DNA of 64,000 bases from Clostridia bacterium (lineage in GTDB: Bacteria; Bacillota; Clostridia; Oscillospirales; Acutalibacteraceae). Location: assembly GCA_017531385.1 (NCBI GenBank), contig JAFXLD010000043.1:15681-79680 (forward strand). Direction: 5' to 3'. The position numbers were made by a program, and so were the translations under genes. The notes under the pieces are model-generated. The model was given only the letters and a program-made list of their open reading frames with translations, ran no database searches and was not told where the DNA came from. This document shows positions 56,463-64,000 of this stretch, piece by piece; position 1 is the first letter of the stretch, and every line of letters starts with the position of its first letter.

Positions 56463-57722
56463 ATGATGTTAAACTATGATCTTGTTGTTGTAGGCGGCGG
56501 TCCCGCAGGTATGGCTGCGGCACTCAAAGCCAGAGAATGCGGTGTAGAAAAAATCATCGTTCTCGAAAGAGCTGAAACTCTCGGCGGTATTCTTGAACAG
56601 TGTATCCACACAGGTTTCGGTCTTCACTATTTCGGTGAAGAGCTTTCAGGTCCCGAATATGCCGCAAAGTTCATTGATATGCTGAAAGACACTGACATTG
56701 AAGTAAAAGTCAACACAATGGTTCTGTCGGTCAGCGACGACAAAGTTGTTACTGCCGTAAATACCGTTGATGGTCTTATTCAGATCAAGGCTACTGCAGT
56801 TATCCTTGCAATGGGTTGCCGTGAAAGACCCCGTGGTGCACTCCAGATTGCAGGCACACGAGCATCAGGCATTATGACTGCAGGTACAGCACAGAAATAT
56901 GTAAACATAGACGGTTATATGCCCGGCAAAAAGGTTGTTATTCTCGGCTCAGGTGACATCGGTCTTATCATGGCAAGAAGAATGACTCTTGAGGGTGCAG
57001 AGGTTAAGGTTGTATGCGAGCTTATGCCCTTCTCAGGCGGTCTTACAAGAAATATTGTTCAGTGTCTTGACGATTTCGGTATTCCCCTTAAGCTTTCAAC
57101 AACTGTTATCGAAACTCACGGTAAGGAAAGACTTGAAGGTGTCACAATCGCAAAGGTTGATGACAGACTTCAGCCTATTCCCGGAAGTGAAGAATATATC
57201 GAATGTGATACTCTTATGCTCTCTGTCGGTCTTATTCCCGAAAACGAGCTTACAAAGCAGGCAGGCATTGCTCTTGACAACATCACAAACGGAGCAGTTG
57301 TAAACGAAATGAGAGAAACTGACCACGAGGGTATTTTTGCCTGCGGTAACGTTCTTCAGGTGCATGACCTTGTTGACTATGTTACACTTGAATCTCAGAT
57401 TGCAGGTGAAGGTGCGGCAAGATACATTCTGGGCAAAGATACTGAGGAAAAAGTTTACATCAATACTACACCTGAAAACGGTGTAAGATATATTGTACCT
57501 CAGAAGGTAAACATAAAATCAAAGGAAGACATCAAGCTCTATTTCCGTGTGGGTGCTATCTACATGAACAAGAAACTCACAGTTGAGGTTGACGGCAAAG
57601 TTATTTCATCAAAGAAAAAAGTCAAGCTTGCACCGGGTGAAATGGAAAATGTTGTTATTCCCGCAGATATTCTTGCTACTCTTAATGAGAACAGCACAAT
57701 AAAGGTCAGAGTGGAGGAATAA
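56463..57722 (+). CDS. NAD(P)/FAD-dependent pyridine-nucleotide-disulfide-family oxidoreductase (partner subunit)
   Basis: 419 aa from MMLNYDLVVVGGGPAGMAAA, with a second dinucleotide fold VVILGSGDIGL and a GIFACGN motif. Confidence 0.8.
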   Translation: MMLNYDLVVVGGGPAGMAAALKARECGVEKIIVLERAETLGGILEQCIHTGFGLHYFGEELSGPEYAAKFIDMLKDTDIEVKVNTMVLSVSDDKVVTAVNTVDGLIQIKATAVILAMGCRERPRGALQIAGTRASGIMTAGTAQKYVNIDGYMPGKKVVILGSGDIGLIMARRMTLEGAEVKVVCELMPFSGGLTRNIVQCLDDFGIPLKLSTTVIETHGKERLEGVTIAKVDDRLQPIPGSEEYIECDTLMLSVGLIPENELTKQAGIALDNITNGAVVNEMRETDHEGIFACGNVLQVHDLVDYVTLESQIAGEGAARYILGKDTEEKVYINTTPENGVRYIVPQKVNIKSKEDIKLYFRVGAIYMNKKLTVEVDGKVISSKKKVKLAPGEMENVVIPADILATLNENSTIKVRVEE

Positions 57723-57725
57723 AAA

Positions 57726-58088
57726 ATGAAAAGAGATATGACTTGCGTAGCCTGTCCTTTAGGCTGTCAGATAACGGTTGAAATCGAAAACGACGAAGTT
57801 GTTGCTGTTACGGGTAACACCTGCAAACGCGGTGATGCATATGCAAGAACAGAAGTGACAAACCCCGTGCGTTCAATTCATTCAACAGTAAAGGTAAACG
57901 GCGGTTACTACCCTGTTGTTCCCTGCAAAACATCAGGACCCATTCCCAAGGGTGCAATATTTGATGTTATGAAAGAAATCAACAAGGTAACAGTTGATGC
58001 TCCCGTAAAAATCGGCGATGTTTTCATTGAAAATGTCTGCGGAACAGGCGTGGATATTGTTGCAACAAACAATGACGAAGGAAAATAA
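57726..58088 (+). CDS. DUF1667-domain protein
   Basis: 120 aa, MTCVACPLGCQITVE...TGNTCKRG. It is the usual third gene of this oxidoreductase trio. Confidence 0.8.
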   Translation: MKRDMTCVACPLGCQITVEIENDEVVAVTGNTCKRGDAYARTEVTNPVRSIHSTVKVNGGYYPVVPCKTSGPIPKGAIFDVMKEINKVTVDAPVKIGDVFIENVCGTGVDIVATNNDEGK

Positions 58089-58096
58089 AACAAACT

Positions 58097-58121
58097 AAGC
58101 CGTAGCAACTACGGCTTTTTG
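58097..58121 (+). terminator. Intrinsic terminator
   Basis: AAGCCGTAG-CAA-CTACGGCTT followed by TTT (the T-run overlaps the 3' arm). Confidence 0.7.
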
Positions 58122-58136
58122 CTTACAGGTGAAGAA

Positions 58137-59525
58137 ATGAAAGGTTATGAAATTGCTTCTGAAATAAAGCCAACAGAAAGACAGCTCAAGTGGATGGATA
58201 TGGAGTATTATGCCATCGTTTACTACGGCATGAATACTTTCACGGGAAAAGAAATCGGCGACGGATTTGCCGTACCCGAGACATTCTGTCCCGAAAATAT
58301 TGACACGGATGAATGGGCAAAAGCAGTATCAGACGGTAATATGTCAGGTCTTGTTCTTACAGCAAAGCATTATGACGGTTTCTGTAACTGGCAGACAGAT
58401 ACTACTGATTACTCCGTAAAAAGCTCAAACTGGCTTGAAGGTAAAGGCGACCTTATAAAGATGGTTGCAACATCTGCAAGAAAGAACGGGCTTAAATTCG
58501 GTCTTTACATCCCCGTATGGGACAGACATGAGCCCTCTTTCAAAGAAAATGATGACAGCTATAACAATTTCTTCTTAGCTCAGATCAAAGAGCTTGTGAC
58601 CGGGTACGGTGAGCTTTTTACATTATGGCTTGATGACAGATGCGACGATCTAATGCCTTATATTGACTACGAAGCAATTTACTCACTTGTCCGTGAACAT
58701 CAGCCTGATTGTGCCATTGTTTTCAGAGGTCCTGACGGCAGATGGCTCGGCAACGGCAGAGGTGTTCTGAGAAAATCCGAGTGGAGCGTTGTTCCCGCTT
58801 CATATACATACAATGAAGACGGCACTGTCCCCCGTTCCGTAATAAAACCGAAACACGGTCAGATGGAAATGGACATCGGTTCAAGAAAATTCATAAAGAA
58901 AGAAACCGAGTTCCGTTTTTCACCATGTGAAGTGAGTATTCCCATGCGTCCTCATTGGTTCCACAAAAAAGACGACGATATGATTGCAAAAACAAAGGAT
59001 AAACTCCTGAATTGGTACTATAAAACAGTCGGCGCAAATATGAACCTGATGCTCGGCATTGCTCCCGACAAACGTGGAAGACTTTACGAACAGGATCTTC
59101 AGATTCTTGAATCTACGGGACACGAATTGAAAGTCATTTTCGGCTATAATATTCTTCAGGATGCAAAGAAAATCAGTGCATCAAGCGAACTGAGCGGCCT
59201 TTACAAAGCTTCAAATGTTGCAGAAGATAACGATTCTTTCTGGTGTCCCGTTGAAAAAGACAAAAAGCCCGAAATCATCATTGAATTTGATGAAGCACAG
59301 ATGTTTGACAAGGTTGTTATCAAAGAAAACATCCGTAACGGTCAGAAAATTGAGGAATTTGAAGTTTTCATTGACGTAAAAGGCAAATGGAAGAGCTTCG
59401 GCGAAGGCACCGTAATCGGTCACAAAGCAATAGTTCATGCAAAACCCGTTGAAACAACTATGGTTAAAATTAGAATCAAAGAATATCGAAAAACTCCTGA
59501 GATTCTGTATATACAAATAAACTAA
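58137..59525 (+). CDS. Alpha-L-fucosidase (GH29) with C-terminal F5/8 type C (discoidin) domain, no signal peptide
   Basis: 462 aa from MKGYEIAS, ...TAKHYDGFCNWQT...FGLYIPVWD...LFTLWLDD... A C-terminal ~130-aa beta-sandwich-like region follows. Confidence 0.8.
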   Translation: MKGYEIASEIKPTERQLKWMDMEYYAIVYYGMNTFTGKEIGDGFAVPETFCPENIDTDEWAKAVSDGNMSGLVLTAKHYDGFCNWQTDTTDYSVKSSNWLEGKGDLIKMVATSARKNGLKFGLYIPVWDRHEPSFKENDDSYNNFFLAQIKELVTGYGELFTLWLDDRCDDLMPYIDYEAIYSLVREHQPDCAIVFRGPDGRWLGNGRGVLRKSEWSVVPASYTYNEDGTVPRSVIKPKHGQMEMDIGSRKFIKKETEFRFSPCEVSIPMRPHWFHKKDDDMIAKTKDKLLNWYYKTVGANMNLMLGIAPDKRGRLYEQDLQILESTGHELKVIFGYNILQDAKKISASSELSGLYKASNVAEDNDSFWCPVEKDKKPEIIIEFDEAQMFDKVVIKENIRNGQKIEEFEVFIDVKGKWKSFGEGTVIGHKAIVHAKPVETTMVKIRIKEYRKTPEILYIQIN

Positions 59526-59551
59526 AAAGAGCCGTTTTTACGGCTCTTTTG
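59524..59551. terminator. Bidirectional terminator shared by the fucosidase gene and tcdA
   Basis: AAAAAGAGCCG-TTTTTA-CGGCTCTTTT. The tcdA stop codon lies in the loop. Confidence 0.7.
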
Positions 59552-60257
59552 CTATATCACCCAGTATTTCAGATGCAATTATAAGTCCTGCAACTGCAGG
59601 GACAATGGCATTACTGCCGGGAGTCTGCCTTTTTGATATTTCTTCATCATTATCACTTACACAAAACGGGGTTATTGCTTCTTCTTTTGAATAAACAACT
59701 TTAAGTTTTTTTATGCCGTTTTCTTTGCAAAGTCTTCTCATTACTCTTGCAAGAGGACAAACTGAAGTTTTATTGATATCAGCAATTTCAAAACGTGTGG
59801 GCTCAAGCTTATTCCCTGCTCCCATTGAGCTTATGACCGGTGTACCCAGCTCATAAGCTTTTTTGACAATTGCAAGTTTACCGCTGACAGTGTCGATTGC
59901 ATCTGCAACATAATCATACACCGAAAAATCAAACTCATTTATGTTTTCCGGCAAAACAAACATATTGTATTTATTTACGGTACAGTCGGGATTTATGGCT
60001 TTTATTCTTTCTTCCATAACATCAACTTTCAGTTTGCCCACAGTTTCATGGGTTGCGATAATCTGACGGTTGATATTTGTTACCGACACAGTATCATTAT
60101 CTATAATATCAATCGCACCGATACCGCTTCTTGCAAGCGCTTCTGCAAGATGTCCGCCGACACCGCCGATTCCGAAAACTGCGACTCTTGATTTTCTGAA
60201 TTTTTCAACTGCATCTTCCGAGTAAAGAAGACGTGTTCTTGTAAACTGATCTGCCAT
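59538..60257 (-). CDS. tcdA: tRNA threonylcarbamoyladenosine dehydratase (ThiF/E1-like)
   Basis: 239 aa, RTRLLYSEDAVEKFRKSRVAVFGIGGVGGHLAEALARSGIG.IDIIDNDTVSVTNINRQ. Confidence 0.85.
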   Translation of the reverse strand: MADQFTRTRLLYSEDAVEKFRKSRVAVFGIGGVGGHLAEALARSGIGAIDIIDNDTVSVTNINRQIIATHETVGKLKVDVMEERIKAINPDCTVNKYNMFVLPENINEFDFSVYDYVADAIDTVSGKLAIVKKAYELGTPVISSMGAGNKLEPTRFEIADINKTSVCPLARVMRRLCKENGIKKLKVVYSKEEAITPFCVSDNDEEISKRQTPGSNAIVPAVAGLIIASEILGDIAKEP

Positions 60258-60288
60258 ATTATCACCAATGAAATAATACTACAAACTT

Positions 60289-60320
60289 AAAAAAAATGCA
60301 ACAGCCCGAGGACTGTTGCA
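60289..60320 (-). terminator. Intrinsic terminator after the SDR gene
   Basis: The minus strand reads TGCAACAG-TCCTCGGG-CTGTTGCA followed by TTTTTTTT. Confidence 0.7.
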
Positions 60321-60331
60321 AAAATTATCTT

Positions 60332-61381
60332 TTATTCGCCCTTCATTTCAAGAAGCTTGACTTTTCCGTCATATGAAGCCTGACTGACTTTGATTGAATC
60401 TGTGATTGCAGCTTTGATATCATCTTCTGTTGCACCAAGATCAATACTGTGCTTTCTGTCGATGAAAAGATCAAGTCCCATGATATCTGCAAGACCGTCA
60501 ACATCAATACCGCTTTCAATGCCTTTTTCTGCATATTCCTTTTTAACGCCGCCGAGTCCCATTCTCATCATCCATGGAGCAACACTGATGATTTTTCTGT
60601 CATCACCCATGCCTCTTGCTGCATAAACGATTTTGAGGAATTCTTTCCATTTCATATTATACATGCTTATAGGCCATGCTTTTGCACCTTTTGATTTTTC
60701 AGCTGCACCGACAATAACCTGTGCAACCTGACGTACAGTGAGCATTGCTGTACCGCCACCGGGATACATTGTAAAAGGAAGGCTGTCCATACGCTTGATC
60801 TGTTCAATAAGAATAACCCATACAGGCTTTCTGCCGGGCTGTGTGCCGAATATGTAAGGAAGTTCAAGAACTGCCACATCAAAATTCTCATCAGCAAAAG
60901 AAAATGCAACTTTTTCCTGCTCAATACGGCTTCTGATATAAGGATGCTTTTCAGTAAGCTTCATTTCAGGACGCATTTTTGCAAGGTATGAAAAATATGA
61001 ACCGAGAATAACCGCATTTTTCATGCCGACTTCTTTACAGATGGGAAGAATTCTCTTCAAAGGAGCAATGTTATATTTGTAGTAAGCATCATAAACAGGA
61101 GCGGGAAACTCAACACGTTCGTCAATACCTGCTGCAAATACAAAACAATCGTAGCCTTTCATCATTTCTTTGAGTTCTTCGTCTGTCTTTTCAATAAAAT
61201 TGCAGAACTCAATTTCCATTTCCTCTGGAATAGGAGCTCCTTCGGGAAGAGGAGGAAGAGCAAGAGTTTTAACACTGTGACCCTTTTCAATAAACAACTG
61301 TGCTGCTGCAGAACCGAGAAGTCCTGTACCGCCGATCATAAATACTTTCACATTAAACACTTCTTTCATATTATGTTCCAT
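60332..61381 (-). CDS. NAD(P)-dependent oxidoreductase, atypical SDR/epimerase-family
   Basis: Rossmann motif MIGGTGLLGSAAA near the N-terminus. The start codon is uncertain; several in-frame ATG/GTG codons lie between 61381 and 61340. Confidence 0.7.
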   Translation of the reverse strand: MEHNMKEVFNVKVFMIGGTGLLGSAAAQLFIEKGHSVKTLALPPLPEGAPIPEEMEIEFCNFIEKTDEELKEMMKGYDCFVFAAGIDERVEFPAPVYDAYYKYNIAPLKRILPICKEVGMKNAVILGSYFSYLAKMRPEMKLTEKHPYIRSRIEQEKVAFSFADENFDVAVLELPYIFGTQPGRKPVWVILIEQIKRMDSLPFTMYPGGGTAMLTVRQVAQVIVGAAEKSKGAKAWPISMYNMKWKEFLKIVYAARGMGDDRKIISVAPWMMRMGLGGVKKEYAEKGIESGIDVDGLADIMGLDLFIDRKHSIDLGATEDDIKAAITDSIKVSQASYDGKVKLLEMKGE

Positions 61382-61391
61382 ACTATTATAA

Positions 61392-61426
61392 TATAAAAGA
61401 TTCCGCTTATCAATACATAAGCGGAA
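61392..61426 (-). terminator. Intrinsic terminator after the EEP gene
   Basis: The minus strand reads TTCCGCTTAT-GTATTG-ATAAGCGGAA followed by TCTTTTAT. Confidence 0.65.
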
Positions 61427-61469
61427 CCTTTAACATTTTTTTTACAAATTTACTCTTTTCAACGGATTC

Positions 61470-62651
61470 TTACATAAAACCCTTGCCAAGCTCTGCAATC
61501 AATTTGCCGATTGCAGTGAAAATGCTTGCAATATATTCAATAAACATCAGAAGAAGACCTTTATCCTGCTTGACGTTTTCTTTATCATGGCTGTTGCTTG
61601 AGTCCTGAACTTTTTCAACAATTTTGTAAGAGAATGAAGCTTCAGCTGCACAGTGATCAGAAAGAGGTCTGTTTGTAAGATCCTCTGTAATCTGAAGATA
61701 ACCGAAGGAATCACAAGTCAGATCAACACCGTTACCGTCTGCATAACAGATTCTTTCAACTGAGTCATAATGTCCCTGTGCTTCTGTATAGCTAAGATCT
61801 GTTTCTTTTGCATATGTATAATATGCAGAGTAATCTTCGGGATCTTCTGTAATTTCAGAAATCTGCTTTACAGCCCATGCGTCATTGAGATGAGCAGGTT
61901 CAAGAAGCTTTGAAATAAGGTAGGGATCACCGGTTTTATCTTCATTACAGATACTTGAATTAAAGTCACCCATTACAATAACTGCATGGTCATAAGTGCC
62001 TGTTGTTTCATCGTAAACAGAATGCTTTTTGATGTAATTTGCAAGCTGTGTATACTGTGCTTTTCTTGCATTCACTGATGCTGCTCCGCCATATGCATCT
62101 GCATGGATATCATAGATATCAACATAGTGACCTTCTGCAAGTTTTATAGTTGTAACAAGAATACCTTTGTTTGCAAGTTCATCTGAACCGTCATCCAGAA
62201 CACCTGCACTTTCTTCCCAACGAACTCTGTATTCATTGAAAAGAGAATATGTTGAGAAAATGTTGAGACCGTCACCAAGAGGTACACCGCCTGTATGAAC
62301 TGTCTGATGTCTTTCACCTATGTTGCCGAGCCAATCAGGTCTGTTTGCATAGTTTGTCATCAGTTCTCTGAGATAAATATCATAGTTAAAATCCTCCTGA
62401 ATAGCTACGATATCATAATTCATAGCATTAAGCTTTGCACCAATCTGAAGTGTATCAGCATAAGCATCTCTGCCGTCTTCTGTTTCTGAAGCAGGTATAG
62501 GAAGACCGGCAACATTGAAATTGATCATATTGAAGGATCCTGTTGTACCGATCAGATCTTCCGTTTCATCAGCAGAAACAGCAATTCCCATACAGGAACC
62601 GAGCATTAAAACTGAAAGGACCAAGCATAAAATTTTCTTGAAATTACGCAT
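61470..62651 (-). CDS. Secreted endonuclease/exonuclease/phosphatase (EEP) family protein, sphingomyelinase-like
   Basis: 393 aa from MRNFKKILCLVLSVLMLGSC (signal or lipoprotein-like), NFNVAGL...DIVAIQEDFN...GDFN...SDH. It has a C-terminal hydrophobic tail. Confidence 0.7.
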   Translation of the reverse strand: MRNFKKILCLVLSVLMLGSCMGIAVSADETEDLIGTTGSFNMINFNVAGLPIPASETEDGRDAYADTLQIGAKLNAMNYDIVAIQEDFNYDIYLRELMTNYANRPDWLGNIGERHQTVHTGGVPLGDGLNIFSTYSLFNEYRVRWEESAGVLDDGSDELANKGILVTTIKLAEGHYVDIYDIHADAYGGAASVNARKAQYTQLANYIKKHSVYDETTGTYDHAVIVMGDFNSSICNEDKTGDPYLISKLLEPAHLNDAWAVKQISEITEDPEDYSAYYTYAKETDLSYTEAQGHYDSVERICYADGNGVDLTCDSFGYLQITEDLTNRPLSDHCAAEASFSYKIVEKVQDSSNSHDKENVKQDKGLLLMFIEYIASIFTAIGKLIAELGKGFM

Positions 62652-62721
62652 TTTAACCACCCTTTTTTACATAAATTACATTTATAATTAATTATATCAT
62701 TTACCAATTTGTTTGTCAATA

Positions 62722-63969
62722 TTATTGTGCAAGTCCGTAAGTTCTTATGTTGTATTCCTGTTCTGACAGAGTTTTAGCAACATGGAACTCGTTGTTTCTG
62801 TCATGAATGAAGTAGTAATATCCTGTATCAGGTGCATTAAGAACCGCAGAAATAGCATCAACACCGGGATTACATATAGCACCGACCGGAAGAGAGTAAC
62901 AGGAATATGTGTCATAAAGTGCATTATATGCCGCAATATCCGTTTCGGAGAGTCCGGAAAGATTGTTCTTAATATAAATGCTTGTTGAGTCACATTCAAG
63001 ACGCATATTTGCATCAATTCGGTTAAATAATATTGATCCGACAACGGGCATATCTGCTCCGACAGCTTCTTTTTCCACAATTGATGCAAGATTTATTATC
63101 TGATCAACTGTCATTCCGCGATCTTCGGCAAGTTCAGCATAGCTGTCTGTCCATTTTCTGTCAAAATTACCAAGGAACTTCTTTATAACACTTTCGGGAT
63201 CTTCACCGATATAAAATTCATAGGTATCCGGGAAAAGGAAACCTTCAAGACGCATATATCTGCTTTCAGGTTTTGTGATTGATTCCAGGAAATCGAAATC
63301 TTTTGAAAAGTCTACGGTATTCATAGTTGCAACAAACTTTTCACGGGAACAGACATTGTTCTCCTCAAGCATTGCAATAATCTGATCAGCGGAATAACCT
63401 TCAGGGAAGGTAAGGGTAACTGTTTTTGCTGTTTCAGAAGTTTTATTTTTTATTTCATTGAGCATATTTTCAAGACCCATCGACGGCTTGAAATCATAAG
63501 TTCTGGCTATGTATCCCTCGTCAGAATAACCGATAATCTTAGCTGCGAGTTTACAGAACCAGGCATTACGGATTACTCCTGCATCGTCAAGTGCATCAAT
63601 TACATCGTCAGTATTCATGTCTTCAGCGATAACAACGGAAACCTCATTATCTCTTTTCGGATTAATATGGATAGCAAGAACATCGTTTACACAGGAAATG
63701 ACAAAAACTGCTATAGATACAGAAATTGCTATAACAATCGCCATTATTATAACAACTCGTCTGATGTTATTAAGCACCATTTTTCGCTGTGCAGCTTTTC
63801 GCTTTTCGAGTTTACGCATTTCAGGAGTCATTTCTGCAGGTTTTTCAGTAGTATTCGGTCCCCGTGAAGGACGTTTGTTCTGACTTTTTGCTTGCTTATA
63901 TGTCGGAACAGCAACTCCCGGAGTTACATTTCCACTCTGTCTTCTGTTATATTTTCTCGGATCGTTCAT
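62722..63969 (-). CDS. mltG: Endolytic murein transglycosylase MltG (YceG-like)
   Basis: 415 aa with a basic N-terminus, one TM helix, the LysM-like/YceG domain (...ASIVEKEA...), and C-terminal FHVAKTLSEQ. Confidence 0.85.
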   Translation of the reverse strand: MNDPRKYNRRQSGNVTPGVAVPTYKQAKSQNKRPSRGPNTTEKPAEMTPEMRKLEKRKAAQRKMVLNNIRRVVIIMAIVIAISVSIAVFVISCVNDVLAIHINPKRDNEVSVVIAEDMNTDDVIDALDDAGVIRNAWFCKLAAKIIGYSDEGYIARTYDFKPSMGLENMLNEIKNKTSETAKTVTLTFPEGYSADQIIAMLEENNVCSREKFVATMNTVDFSKDFDFLESITKPESRYMRLEGFLFPDTYEFYIGEDPESVIKKFLGNFDRKWTDSYAELAEDRGMTVDQIINLASIVEKEAVGADMPVVGSILFNRIDANMRLECDSTSIYIKNNLSGLSETDIAAYNALYDTYSCYSLPVGAICNPGVDAISAVLNAPDTGYYYFIHDRNNEFHVAKTLSEQEYNIRTYGLAQ

Positions 63970-64000
63970 ATTTATTAATCCTTTCTGTAATTAATAGCAT

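Noticed and set aside
63970-64000. Possible partial gene at the window end
   Set aside because: Only 31 nt remain. They contain the mltG SD (GAAAGGA) and stop codons in the other frames, so nothing can be called.

Overview
This 64-kb window looks like ordinary chromosome from a low-GC, spore-forming Clostridia. The organism is probably Oscillospiraceae/Ruminococcus-like. That is inferred only from spoIIID, a SpoIID-domain gene and three dockerin-bearing proteins; no search was run. I can support about 57 protein-coding genes in alternating strand blocks. I saw no rRNA, tRNA, CRISPR array, transposase or phage genes. Housekeeping content, in order: topA(partial)-dprA-trmH-like; the infC-rpmI-rplT operon; yifB/comM; a phosphohexomutase and a U32 peptidase; a metY plus PGM-like 'proposed homoserine kinase' pair; ttcA; a P-type Ca-type ATPase; zapA-dut-dnaD-dnaI-rsmA-tmk; a long operon from a CinA-C gene through two sortases, SpoIID, galE and hom; spoIIID; ilvBNC, ilvD and leuACDB; a GlpA-like oxidoreductase trio; a GH29 fucosidase; tcdA; mltG. 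Recognisable cis-regulatory RNAs: an L20-type leader before infC, a yybP-ykoY (Mn2+) riboswitch before the ATPase, and a Leu T-box before leuA. Items most worth a second look: (1) an unclassified, terminator-containing 5' leader with a 17-codon ORF, in front of a tightly coupled four-gene module (P-loop kinase, glycosidase-like::Nudix fusion, two APH-fold kinases) at 18.0-22.8 kb; (2) a hairpin-plus-AATTGCGAATTG repeat family that I saw only at the borders of the ilv and leu operons; (3) a sortase-anchored vWA protein with a metallothionein-like Cys cluster, followed after a terminator and a CinA-C gene by two atypical sortase paralogs; (4) a dockerin-bearing SpoIID homolog whose conserved motifs are in permuted order. 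All calls come from reading the sequence and the ORF track by eye. Family assignments rest on remembered motifs, not database searches. Start codons I moved are justified in each entry.
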